Origin: an uncultured Bacteroidales bacterium
GTDB lineage: Bacteria; Bacteroidota; Bacteroidia; Bacteroidales; UBA7960
Assembly: GCA_964491395.1 (NCBI GenBank)
Contig: CAZBGI010000003.1
Span: forward strand, 39,971-103,970
Reading direction: 5' to 3'
DNA: 64,000 bases
The position numbers were made by a program, and so were the translations under genes. Below the pieces are notes generated by a model. The model did not search any database, was not told where the DNA came from, and was given only the letters and a program-made list of their open reading frames with translations. Position 1 is the stretch's first letter. The number at the start of each line of letters is the position of its first letter. Positions 1-9,724 of the stretch are shown piece by piece.

Positions 1-294
1 AACAGCGTAAATTCTTTCATTTAATTGGGTGCCTCTTTTTATGAGATACGCTGTATTATTGGGTAATGCACCGTTATTACGCAGTCCGTTTATTGTATTG
101 AAAGGGGAGGAGATGCTTCCATTGCCTCCGTTGGAGGCCGAAGGGTCAATATAGACAACATTGTCAAAATCATTGTAATTGGCTATTTCGGGGACTTCAT
201 AAGGTAAACAATTCTCATCTGCCAGCAAGGTTTTTGAGTTTCCTGTAATGATGGCAATGATAACAAGGGTGAATAGAATAATTGATTTTTTCAC
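1..294 (-). CDS. hypothetical secreted protein, N-terminal 98 codons only (gene runs off the left edge)
   Basis: My own minus-strand translation starts at GTG 294-292 and reads KKSIILFTLVIIAIITGNSKTLLADENCLPYEVPEIANYNDFDNVVYIDPSASNGGNGSISSPFNTINGL..., open to base 1. The N-terminus is signal-like. The IDPSASNGGNGS..SPF.TI segment resembles the start of right-handed beta-helix proteins. It is absent from the ORF track because it is truncated. Confidence 0.4.
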   Translation of the reverse strand, partial: MKKSIILFTLVIIAIITGNSKTLLADENCLPYEVPEIANYNDFDNVVYIDPSASNGGNGSISSPFNTINGLRNNGALPNNTAYLIKRGTQLNERIYAV

Positions 295-1184
295 AGTGTG
301 GGTTAGATTTGTGGTTAAATGTTGGTTTTCTGCTGATAGGTTGAATGAGTTTTTATTACCATGAATTGGGAAATTTCTGGTGAAAGCCGGTAATACTTTC
401 TGTCCGTCTTTTGTGGTTAGATAATTAAATTTTTGGTGGTTCATTGATTCGTGGTTTTTTTAATTGTAGACTTTTATTCGTGTTAAGGGTATCGCAATTG
501 ATGATTTTTGTTTTTACTTGTTTGCGAAAACTTTCTCTGCATAGGCATGTGCGCTCAATATTATACTTAAGAATGGGGTTTTTCTAGTGGCAATTGTACT
601 GGTTTTGCTTTGTTGAGCTTCTGTTTTTTTTTAAACCTTTGTTTCGCGATTGCCATAAAAACTGTTTTTTTTAGCACCAGTGTGCACGTTGTTCCTACCA
701 TCGAAATTGCGTCATTCCTTAACATTCACGGGTAAAGATATACAATCACAAATCTCTTTTTTTACGTGATTTTTCTCGATTTTATTAGGTGTTATCTATC
801 GCTTATTGAAAGAGTTAGCAGGCATGTTTCCTTCAAACAATGTCCTATTGTTTTATGTATTTTATTTTTTGTATAGTTTTTCTGCTGTTTGGTGTTAGGA
901 AAAAATGTCTTTGCTTGGTTCAGAAAGGATGATATACTAGTAAATAAGTTTTACAAGTTGCTGAATATCAGTTGCGTATTATTTGCGATAGGGAAGGGTT
1001 TTTGTCAAATATCATTATTTATAAGTAATAATACCTAGTTGACTTAGGTTTTTTTCGTAATTTACGGCATCGATATTCATTCTGCTTAGTAATGAAGATG
1101 AGGTGATGATTTTTGTGGAAATTTTTTAATATACTGTTTATCAGTAATAAAACCTGATAATTGATTTGCAGAAAAACAGCCAAA

Positions 1185-1215
1185 GCCCACCTTAGATTAT
1201 TGCTAAAAGGTGGGC
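1185..1215 (-). terminator. rho-independent terminator after the epimerase gene
   Basis: A 9-bp stem GCCCACCTT / AAGGTGGGC (1185-1193 / 1207-1215). On the minus strand it is followed by a T-rich run (GGCTGTTTTTCTGC). It lies 60 nt downstream of the stop at 1277. Confidence 0.6.
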
Positions 1216-1276
1216 CTTGGCATATGTTTGATTGATTAGGTTGTAACCTGAAGAGAATTGTCTTCCTGGTATGTTT

Positions 1277-2335
1277 TTATTGGTTATAAAATATTTTATA
1301 CCAATCCACAAAATGCTTAATGCCTTTTTTGATGGGCATGATGGGCTTGTATCCAACTGCTTGACTGAGTTTTTCTGTACTGGCCCATGTTTTTACAACA
1401 TCACCCGGCTGGATGGGCATCATGGTTTTTACAGCTTTTTTATCCAAAGCCTCCTCAATAGCAGCAATGAAGTCCATAAGGTACTCTGGTTTAGAATTGC
1501 CGATGTTATAAATCCGGTAGGGTGCATGTGAAATATCTGGTTGAAGAGCATCGCCATGGATTTCCGGATTTGGCCGTGGAGGTTTAACCATAAGTCTGGT
1601 TATTCCTTCTACAATATCATCGATGTAGGTAAAGTCTCGCATCATCTTACCATTATTAAAAACCTGGATGGGTTTACCTTCCTGAATGGCTTTGGTAAAG
1701 AGGAAAATAGCCATGTCAGGCCGTCCCCAGGGCCCGTAAACTGTAAAAAATCGTAATCCTGTTACGGGAATATCGAAAAGATGACTGTACGTGTGTGCCA
1801 TCAATTCGTTGGCTTTCTTGGTGGCAGCATACAGACTTACGGGGTGATCCACATTGTCCTCTTCCGAAAATGGCATTTGGGTGTTGGCACCATACACGGA
1901 ACTGGAACTGGCATATAGAAGATGCCTGGGTTTATGATAGCGACAAGCTTCCAGGATATTGATAAAACCTGTAATATTAGAATCAGCATAGGCTTGCGGA
2001 TTGGTAAGTGAATACCTGACACCGGCCTGTGCCGCCAGGTGGATCACATAATCAAACTTTCTTTCTTCGAAGATTTTGTTTATTTGATCCTTGTTTTCCA
2101 GATGAGTCCGATAAAACACGTAATTAGGATAACGTTCACTTTGAATAGGATGGTTCCATTCTATCTTATCTCTTCTTATTCCACTTTCCTCCAGTCTGCC
2201 GAATTTAAGATTAATGTCATAATAGTCATTGATATTATCAATTCCTGTAATATGGTGTTGCGGGTTTTTTATAAGTTTCAGCACATTATGAAAACCAATA
2301 AATCCTGCGGTACCGGTAATTAAAATATTAGCCAT
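1277..2335 (-). CDS. NAD-dependent epimerase/dehydratase, UDP-glucuronate 4-epimerase-like (CapI/WbnF type)
   Basis: 352-aa ORF with Rossmann motif ITGTAGFIGFH and catalytic YxxxK in SLYAATKKANE. Extended SDR architecture. Confidence 0.85.
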   Translation of the reverse strand: MANILITGTAGFIGFHNVLKLIKNPQHHITGIDNINDYYDINLKFGRLEESGIRRDKIEWNHPIQSERYPNYVFYRTHLENKDQINKIFEERKFDYVIHLAAQAGVRYSLTNPQAYADSNITGFINILEACRYHKPRHLLYASSSSVYGANTQMPFSEEDNVDHPVSLYAATKKANELMAHTYSHLFDIPVTGLRFFTVYGPWGRPDMAIFLFTKAIQEGKPIQVFNNGKMMRDFTYIDDIVEGITRLMVKPPRPNPEIHGDALQPDISHAPYRIYNIGNSKPEYLMDFIAAIEEALDKKAVKTMMPIQPGDVVKTWASTEKLSQAVGYKPIMPIKKGIKHFVDWYKIFYNQ

Positions 2336-2437
2336 ATACTTAAAATTCTTCTAAGGGTTGATTAATGTGCCTTTTAAAAAATATATAGATACATATAAAT
2401 ATTGTTTGCCTGCTTTCCTTGAAGCAGGGTATCTGCC

Positions 2438-3523
2438 TCAGGATACAGTATAATTTTCATAAACACTTCGAATACCTTCTTCGAGTTTTATTTTGTATTG
2501 CCAGTTAAGGCTATTTAATAACGATACATCCAATTGTTTTCTGGGCGTGCCATCAGGTTTTGTTTTATCCCATTGAATTTTACCCTTGAAGCCTGTAATT
2601 TCTTTTACTGTTTCGGCCAGTTGCTTTATAGTCAGGTCGATTCCGGTGCCAATGTTTATATGTGTTTGTTCGAGTTGATTGTAGAGTTTCCCGGCCTGAA
2701 CGTTTTCAACCACATAAATACACGCGTCGGCCATGTCATCAACGTGCAAAAATTCTCTGTAAACCTCGCCCGTTCCCCAAAGCTTAACGGTAATTGGGCC
2801 CATTTCTGGTTTTGAATTTCCGGAAATTCCAAATTCTGCCAAGACAGATAAAATCTCTTGTTCGCTGTTTTGACCCGATATACCTTTTACAGGATTCTTG
2901 TTCAAATCTGCCCTGATCGCGTTCCAATTATGGGTTTCGATACATTTTCCCAGGTGCATTTTTCTGATAAGGGCAGGCAAAACATGCGATTTCTCCAAAT
3001 CATAATTATCGTTGGGCCCATAAAGGTTGGTGGGCATTACCGAAATAAAATTGCTTCCGTATTGTTTAAAATAACTCTCGCACATTTTAATTCCTGCAAT
3101 CTTGGCAATTGCATAGGGCTCATTGGTATATTCAAGAGGGCCTGTCAGCAGGTATTCCTCCTTCATTGGCTGTGGAGCGAGTTTGGGATATATACAGGAG
3201 CTTCCCAAAAACAGGAGTTTTTCAACACCATGCTTTCTTGCTGCATGGATGATGTTGTTCTGGATCATCAGATTTTCGTATATAAATTCTGCCCTGTAAA
3301 TGTTATTGGCCAGAATTCCTCCAACTTTTGCTGCTGCCAGAAATACATAGGCTGGTTTTTCTGCTTCAAAAAATGCATCAACATCGGCCTGAACCCGCAA
3401 ATCAAGCTCATTGGAGGATCGGTAAGTCAGATTGTTGTATCCTCTGTCGGTTAAATTCCGGGCAATTGCAGAACCTACCATACCCTTGTGTCCTGCTATG
3501 TATATTTTTTTGTTTTTTTCCAT
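2438..3523 (-). CDS. fcl: GDP-L-fucose synthase
   Basis: 361-aa ORF with IAGHKGMVGSAI NADP-binding motif and YAIAKIAG (YxxxK). It lies next to gmd and has the long-form insert typical of Bacteroidota Fcl. Confidence 0.9.
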   Translation of the reverse strand: MEKNKKIYIAGHKGMVGSAIARNLTDRGYNNLTYRSSNELDLRVQADVDAFFEAEKPAYVFLAAAKVGGILANNIYRAEFIYENLMIQNNIIHAARKHGVEKLLFLGSSCIYPKLAPQPMKEEYLLTGPLEYTNEPYAIAKIAGIKMCESYFKQYGSNFISVMPTNLYGPNDNYDLEKSHVLPALIRKMHLGKCIETHNWNAIRADLNKNPVKGISGQNSEQEILSVLAEFGISGNSKPEMGPITVKLWGTGEVYREFLHVDDMADACIYVVENVQAGKLYNQLEQTHINIGTGIDLTIKQLAETVKEITGFKGKIQWDKTKPDGTPRKQLDVSLLNSLNWQYKIKLEEGIRSVYENYTVS

Positions 3524-3831
3524 TTGATGTGTATTGTTTTAACCATTACCTTGTTCGTACAACCCCTGACGAACCTCTTTATTCTTGTGAAAGGACTATT
3601 GATTTTTCACAAGACTTGATTATCAATAGATTGATGAATCCTTTCTTTTTTTGGAACGAATCGTCGTACGGTGATGTAATATGTTGATAGGATAGTACCA
3701 TAAAGCCTGCCGGTATGTTTCGGATTATGCTTATGATAGTATCAGTTATCTATCATGAATAGAATACAAAGATGCAGGTGTTTTATAAAAAAAATAATTG
3801 TTAAACCTATTACTGATAATTCTCATCTGTT

Positions 3832-4878
3832 TCAGGAGTTGCGGTCTGTTGCTTTCTGGAAATCTGCTTCAACCATGATTCTTACCAGGTCTTTGAATTT
3901 GGTTTTGGGCTCCCATCCAAGCTTTTGTTTTGCTTTGGAATAATCTCCAATGAGCAGATCAACTTCGGTAGGTCTGAAATATCGAGGGTCTATTCCTACT
4001 ACTTCTTTACCGTCCGATTTACGGATACCTACTTCATTGACTCCTTCCCCTTTCCACTCGATTGCGTCACCCAGTACATCAAAGGCTTCCTCGATATATT
4101 CTCTCACAGTATGCGTTTCATTGGTAGCCAAAACAAAATCTTCGGGTTCATCTACCTGCAACATGCGCCACATTCCTTCCACATATTCAGGTGCATAACC
4201 CCAGTCGCGCTTAGCATCAATATTACCAAAGAGTATTTTATCTTCAAGCCCGGCCATGATCCTTGCCACACCAACACTTGCTTTGCGGGTTACAAAGGTT
4301 TTTCCTCGTCTTTCACTTTCATGATTAAATAAGATTCCGTTGCTTGCGAACAGGTTATAGGCTTCACGGTAGTTCACTACGATCCAGTAGGCATATAATT
4401 TTGCGGCACCATATGGGCTCCTGGGATAAAAAGGGGTCGTTTCTGTTTGGGGCACTTGCTGAACTTTCCCGTATAACTCTGAGGTTGAAGCCTGGTAGAA
4501 TTTTGTTTTAATACCTGTTTCCTTTATGGCATCCAGAAAACGAAGGGTCCCTATACCATCTACTTCAGCGGTATATTCAGGAACCTCGAAAGAGACCTGT
4601 ACATGACTCTGGGCACCCAGATTATAGATTTCATCGGGTTGTATTTTCTCAACAAGTCGGTTGAGGTTACTTGAATCAGTTAAATCACCATAGTGAAGGA
4701 AGAATCTTTCGTTTAATAAATCCTTTTGATTATAGATGTGATCAATCCGAAATGTGTTGAAAGAACTGGCTCTTCTTATGATTCCGTGCACATCATAGCC
4801 TTTCTCAAGTAATAATTCGGTCAGGTAGGAGCCGTCTTGTCCCGTTATTCCTGATATTAATGCAACTTTTTTGTTCAT
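3832..4878 (-). CDS. gmd: GDP-mannose 4,6-dehydratase
   Basis: 348-aa ORF with [22 protein letters not shown] and NHESERRG, all characteristic Gmd motifs. Confidence 0.95.
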   Translation of the reverse strand: MNKKVALISGITGQDGSYLTELLLEKGYDVHGIIRRASSFNTFRIDHIYNQKDLLNERFFLHYGDLTDSSNLNRLVEKIQPDEIYNLGAQSHVQVSFEVPEYTAEVDGIGTLRFLDAIKETGIKTKFYQASTSELYGKVQQVPQTETTPFYPRSPYGAAKLYAYWIVVNYREAYNLFASNGILFNHESERRGKTFVTRKASVGVARIMAGLEDKILFGNIDAKRDWGYAPEYVEGMWRMLQVDEPEDFVLATNETHTVREYIEEAFDVLGDAIEWKGEGVNEVGIRKSDGKEVVGIDPRYFRPTEVDLLIGDYSKAKQKLGWEPKTKFKDLVRIMVEADFQKATDRNS

Positions 4879-5163
4879 TATTCGATTTTTTTTAAGATTT
4901 TACAGAAAAGCAAAATTAGACAAAATAATCATGGTACTGACCTATAGGTTGTTATTTACAGTTAACGAATGAGATAATCATGACAAAGTTAAATTTTAAT
5001 AAGAGCTGTATGTTTATTTATCTGTTGAATTAACAATATACCATTGTTTCCTGTTCGATAACTTCTGTTGTTATCAAAATCTTAAGACAGGGACCGGGTT
5101 GAGATTACCTGAAAAACAAGTATATGATTTGGTGGAGAACCGTTTATATAATGAACTAAAAAG

Positions 5164-5199
5164 AAAACCGATTCAGACTTAATCGTATGAATCGGTTTT
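5164..5199 (-). terminator. rho-independent terminator after the sugar transferase gene
   Basis: A 12-bp stem AAAACCGATTCA / TGAATCGGTTTT. On the minus strand it is followed by TTTTCTTTTT. It lies 50 nt downstream of the stop at 5249. Confidence 0.6.
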
Positions 5200-5248
5200 T
5201 AGAACTGCGCTGTACGACCAGACAACAATATTGTTGCCTGTCCTGGCA

Positions 5249-6703
5249 TTATCTGCCGGTTGCAAAAATCATTGTAGATATCGTTTTGAATATCAGTTTA
5301 ATATCCTGGGTAAGAGTCCAGTTATCAATGTAATTGAGATCCATTCTCATCCAATTTTCAAATTTGATATCATTCCTGTGGGGCATTATTTGCCATGTAC
5401 AGGTAATGCCGGGTTTTACTGAAAGTCTTCTTAGCTGCCAACGCTCGTATTGTTTAACTTCCGACTCAAGTGGCGGTCTTGGGCCAATGAGTGACATTTC
5501 TCCTCGTACCACATTGTAAAGTTGAGGAAGTTCATCCAGGCCGGTTTTTCTCAATATTTTACCAATAGGGGTTATCCTGGGGTCGTTTTTTAATTTAAAA
5601 GTAGGACCATCCATTTCATTTTGATCTCTTAGCTTTTCCATCATGGCTTCAGCATTGGTAACCATGGTCCTGAATTTGTAGAGCTTGAACTTTCTTCCTC
5701 TCAGACCCACTCTCTCCTGACCGAAAAACATGGGGCCGTCAGAACTTAGCTTAACCATAATGCCAATCATTAACAAGACCGGGAATAGCAGGATAAGTGC
5801 TACAGAAGAAAACAAAACATCAGTTATAGTTTTAACATCATGAGCCAGTTTCCGGGAGGGTATATCTACCAGGGTAAGTTTTCCTGCTTCATTGAGTGTT
5901 TTGAGCTGAACCTTTTCCGGGGATAATGTTGATACATTGGATTGTACCCTGAATACTACCCCGATTTCATTGGCCAGTCTGGCAATTTGACGAACTTCTG
6001 ATTTGTGAATATGCCTTTTGCAATAAAACACTTCGTCGACAACCTGGCTCTCTAATATGTAAGAAAGGTTTTCAGCACCTGCCATAATAGGTATATCCTG
6101 TCCAAACTTTTCCTTGATGAACCTGGATTGGGTAATAATAGCCCTTATGTTAAAACCCCAGTCTTTTTGGTTAGACAATTTATCGATTATCTGATAAGAA
6201 CAAGAGTCGCCGATAATGACAATATGGCGAAGGTTATATCCATTGATTCGGTACATGCGTAAAAAACGTAAGGTCAGTAAGCGTAAACCCAGGGTTATGA
6301 AAAAGCTAAGATGCACATGAAGGAATATCAGCATCAAGGGTATATCGCTGAGACCAAAAGTATACTTAAGGATAACAAGACTCAGAAAGATAAGAAAATA
6401 CCCCCTGAAAAACAGGAGAACAGCACTGATATAACGCTGTGCACGGGGAAGCATAGCCATGGAAGTAACCTGATAAAACACGAACCAGAAAAAAATAAAG
6501 AAAAAGGTATAAGTAGCGAATTGGTATATGTTGGAATTCCAATTGTTATTCGCAAAAAACAACCATTTGGTTGCTATAAATGAAACAGGGATAATGAGCA
6601 ATACGGTGAAAAACTCAACAATATTAAGCAACCACTTTAAGTCAAGTTTGTATCTTGTCTCAAGATTTTTAAGGTTTTCAAGTATTGTATCTGATTTTAA
6701 CAT
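5249..6703 (-). CDS. polyprenyl-phosphate sugar phosphotransferase (WbaP/EpsB-type priming glycosyltransferase)
   Basis: 484-aa ORF with several N-terminal TM segments. The C-terminal bacterial sugar transferase domain carries KFRTM, DELPQL and LIGPRPP. Confidence 0.85.
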   Translation of the reverse strand: MLKSDTILENLKNLETRYKLDLKWLLNIVEFFTVLLIIPVSFIATKWLFFANNNWNSNIYQFATYTFFFIFFWFVFYQVTSMAMLPRAQRYISAVLLFFRGYFLIFLSLVILKYTFGLSDIPLMLIFLHVHLSFFITLGLRLLTLRFLRMYRINGYNLRHIVIIGDSCSYQIIDKLSNQKDWGFNIRAIITQSRFIKEKFGQDIPIMAGAENLSYILESQVVDEVFYCKRHIHKSEVRQIARLANEIGVVFRVQSNVSTLSPEKVQLKTLNEAGKLTLVDIPSRKLAHDVKTITDVLFSSVALILLFPVLLMIGIMVKLSSDGPMFFGQERVGLRGRKFKLYKFRTMVTNAEAMMEKLRDQNEMDGPTFKLKNDPRITPIGKILRKTGLDELPQLYNVVRGEMSLIGPRPPLESEVKQYERWQLRRLSVKPGITCTWQIMPHRNDIKFENWMRMDLNYIDNWTLTQDIKLIFKTISTMIFATGR

Positions 6704-7035
6704 AATTAAACTAATGTTTGGCGTTTGTCTATTGATTTTACAGCTTTAACCAAATATAATCAAAACTCAGGCAATAAAATATAGCCATATACCCTCATTT
6801 TTGTGTTTCGGTAAACACCTAGAAAACTTAGATGAAAATAGAAATCTGAAAAGTTAAATGACTGATTAAAAACTTTTTTCTGTTCATTATAAGGATAAGT
6901 TCCTTTATAAAGGAAAAAATGCTGGATCGTAATTGAAGTGCAGATTTTATCCAACTAAACTATGATAATATTCGATAGAGTCTAAATGGGAAAGAGTTGT
7001 GCTGATTTTTCAGCCAAATAAATTAACGTTAAATG

Positions 7036-7464
7036 TTAGGATGAAAAATTTCGTATGATATAAACCAGGTAGTCGCCCAGGTATGTAAAGCCTAAGCTTT
7101 TGTAAAGGTTTATTGCAGCTTTATTGTCTTTATGAACCTCCAGTTTAATTTGGATATTTTGTTCTTTGGCAACAGCAATAGACCGTTGTGCCAATAGTCT
7201 GCCAATGCCTTTCCGCTGAAAAGCCGGCATAACGCCGAAGTGATGGAGATGGAATCTGCGACCGTCGAAAGTCATCCATGAGGTAGCTACTATTTCGAGG
7301 TTTTCAGTAAGGGCCACCAGCATTTTACCCCCCAATTCAATACTCTTTTCAATGGTTTGTTGGTTATCTCCTCTCTGAGAGCCTCCCAAACCCGTCCGAT
7401 TCCATAGCTCCGTTATAGCACAATAATCTGATGATTGATATTCTCTGATGAACAAACCTTCCAT
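7036..7464 (-). CDS. GNAT family N-acetyltransferase
   Basis: Acetyl-CoA motif A QRKGIGRLL. I prefer the ATG at 7464 (MEGLFIREYQ...) over the track's start at 7521, which is a TTG. Confidence 0.75.
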   Translation of the reverse strand: MEGLFIREYQSSDYCAITELWNRTGLGGSQRGDNQQTIEKSIELGGKMLVALTENLEIVATSWMTFDGRRFHLHHFGVMPAFQRKGIGRLLAQRSIAVAKEQNIQIKLEVHKDNKAAINLYKSLGFTYLGDYLVYIIRNFSS

Positions 7465-7677
7465 TTTTGAAAAATTTTTTGATACCGGCTTTGTCCGCAA
7501 TTCATAAACCGCACTTTTCAACGCTTTTGTCCCACATGAGCATAATTATTATTTGTCAGTTTCTCAGAAATTATCCGGTATAAAACATGTAACAATTATA
7601 AATCAGGATAGAAAACACATACAATACTATTACAATCTTAAACCGGGGCATTTCTGCTTACTGGTGGCTGAAAGTTT

Positions 7678-8496
7678 TTATGGGCTTTTATAACTGATGG
7701 CTGCTCCAATAGCAGTGCAATGGCGGGCATATTTGGGAGTGTAAAACGTAACATTGTAAAGCCTGGATAGTTCCTGAAATGTTTTTTGTGCCTGGGGAAT
7801 TTTTACCAGATTGCCGGTCATTACGATCTGGTTGTCTTTTTCAACTTTGGAGGCCAGCACAGCCATCATGCCAATGGTTTGAAATACCATATTTAAAATG
7901 GCTTTAACCAAGTCACTTTTAGATGCTTTATCGCTCATTTTTCCAAAATTGGATGCTGTTAGTGTGGCGGGCAGATTCCCGATATCTCCTTTGGTTATAT
8001 CACTGATGCTCAGATCAACCAGGGATAAATCACCACTTTCAGAGAGGGCGACTATATTGTCAAAATCGGAAAGATTGAGCATCGCTTTGGATAATCCCAC
8101 TATGGTGCCTCCTCCCACACCGGTGCCACCAATATGAGAAATACAGTCTCCATGGGCTTTTACAATGGCTGTACCTGTTCCCATACTCACTATCACGGCT
8201 TTCTTAAGTTTCGAAAGGTACAAACCTCCATATCCCAGTGCAATGAATTCTTCTACCTTTTCCACTGGGATACCCAACAGATCTTTGTGGATAAAACTTG
8301 CTCCTGCTCCGGTCATCCTGATGAGTTCAATATCTTGTATGGATAAGTCGTTGGTGTTAAGAAATTTCCCCAATGCACCTGCTGCAGAGGCAATGGGATC
8401 ACTTGCTTCCACTGTAAGGGGCTCATGTAATGTGTTTTCTTTAAAACCCACAATTTTGGTGGTGCTTCCACCTATATCTATACCTATTATCATCAA
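7678..8496 (-). CDS. coaW: type II (Staphylococcus CoaW-like) pantothenate kinase, ASKHA/fumble family
   Basis: 272 aa with IGIDIGGSTTKIV phosphate-1 motif, GTGTAI, GGTGVGGGT, and DLTASNFGK matching S. aureus CoaW DLTAANFGH (recalled from memory). Confidence 0.65.
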   Translation of the reverse strand: MMIIGIDIGGSTTKIVGFKENTLHEPLTVEASDPIASAAGALGKFLNTNDLSIQDIELIRMTGAGASFIHKDLLGIPVEKVEEFIALGYGGLYLSKLKKAVIVSMGTGTAIVKAHGDCISHIGGTGVGGGTIVGLSKAMLNLSDFDNIVALSESGDLSLVDLSISDITKGDIGNLPATLTASNFGKMSDKASKSDLVKAILNMVFQTIGMMAVLASKVEKDNQIVMTGNLVKIPQAQKTFQELSRLYNVTFYTPKYARHCTAIGAAISYKSP

Positions 8497-8723
8497 TCAA
8501 AAGTAAACATTTTTTCATGTAATCGAAAGAGTGTCGAAACAGGCTGTGGGTTTTAAAAAGTGATATATGCCAGACTTATGATACATTTTACACACTGATA
8601 ATAATCGGAGCCTATCTACACATGCAATTGTGATAGGGATGGATGGAAAAAACTTTGCCAATATCCTTTTTTGTTTTACCTTGGCATCGATAAATTGTAA
8701 TTGTATTAATCTAACAAGAAATT

Positions 8724-9701
8724 ATGAGAACACCAGAAGAACAAGTGCAGTATTACTCCGACATGATAAAAAAAAACATAAAGATTGTCGTAGTAGTACT
8801 TGTGGGGGTAATTGTATTATTTACTTCGGTTAAAACTGTTGCCCCGGAAGAAGAAGGGGTGGTTGTACAGTTGGGTAAATTCAACCGAACCTTACAACCC
8901 GGGTTGAACTTTATTCTGCCGTTTGGAATAGAGGTGATGCATAAGATTCCGGTTCAACGGCAATTGAAGCAAGAGTTTGGTTTTCGTACTACCCGGGCCG
9001 ATACCCGCACCCAGTATGCCACTGGTGACTTTTCGCAGGAATCGCTGATGCTTACCGGAGATTTAAATCTGGCTGATGTGGAATGGGTTATCCAGTACAG
9101 GATTGTCAATTCCTTTAATTACTTATTTAGAGTAAAAGATGCTGATGGTGCATTGAGGGATATGTCTGAGGCTGCCATGAGAAAAATCGTTGGAGACAGA
9201 ACTGTCAATGAGGTTTTAACCGTGGGCAGACAGGAGGTTGCATCAACAGTAGAGGCGTTGCTGCAAAAAATGTGCGATGAATATGAAAATGGGATACGGA
9301 TTGATCAGGTAGTACTGCAGGATGTTAATCCGCCTGAATCGGTGAAACCTTCATTCAATGCTGTAAACCAGGCGCAGCAGGAGCGTGAAACATTGATAAA
9401 TCAAGCTGAGTCGGAATATAATCGGGTGATACCGCGGGCCAGAGGTGAAGCCATTGAAACCATCGAGCTCGCCAACGCTTATGCCCTTAAAAGGGTTAAC
9501 AGTGCCAAAGGTGAAGCGGAAAGATTCAATGCAGTTTATACAGAATATGTGAAAGCACCCGAAGTAACCAAAAAAAGATTGTACCTGGAATCAATGGAGC
9601 GGATCATTCCTAAATTAGGAAACAAAATCATTATGGATGAGAAAGGAACCAATTTACTGCCGTTGCTCAATATTGATAAACAAAAAGCACAAACACCCTG
9701 A
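8724..9701 (+). CDS. hflK: FtsH protease modulator HflK (SPFH/band 7)
   Basis: 325 aa with an N-terminal TM segment, an SPFH domain and a C-terminal coiled region. It is followed by hflC 23 nt downstream. Confidence 0.85.
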   Translation: MRTPEEQVQYYSDMIKKNIKIVVVVLVGVIVLFTSVKTVAPEEEGVVVQLGKFNRTLQPGLNFILPFGIEVMHKIPVQRQLKQEFGFRTTRADTRTQYATGDFSQESLMLTGDLNLADVEWVIQYRIVNSFNYLFRVKDADGALRDMSEAAMRKIVGDRTVNEVLTVGRQEVASTVEALLQKMCDEYENGIRIDQVVLQDVNPPESVKPSFNAVNQAQQERETLINQAESEYNRVIPRARGEAIETIELANAYALKRVNSAKGEAERFNAVYTEYVKAPEVTKKRLYLESMERIIPKLGNKIIMDEKGTNLLPLLNIDKQKAQTP

Positions 9702-9724
9702 TTCAAATAAAAAGAAATTTACGT

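Noticed and set aside
6704-7035. An invertible (phase-variable) promoter, as at Bacteroides capsule loci, upstream of the sugar-transferase gene or in 295-1276
   Set aside because: I found no pair of flanking inverted repeats bracketing a promoter-sized segment, no nearby recombinase and no upxY/upxZ-type genes.
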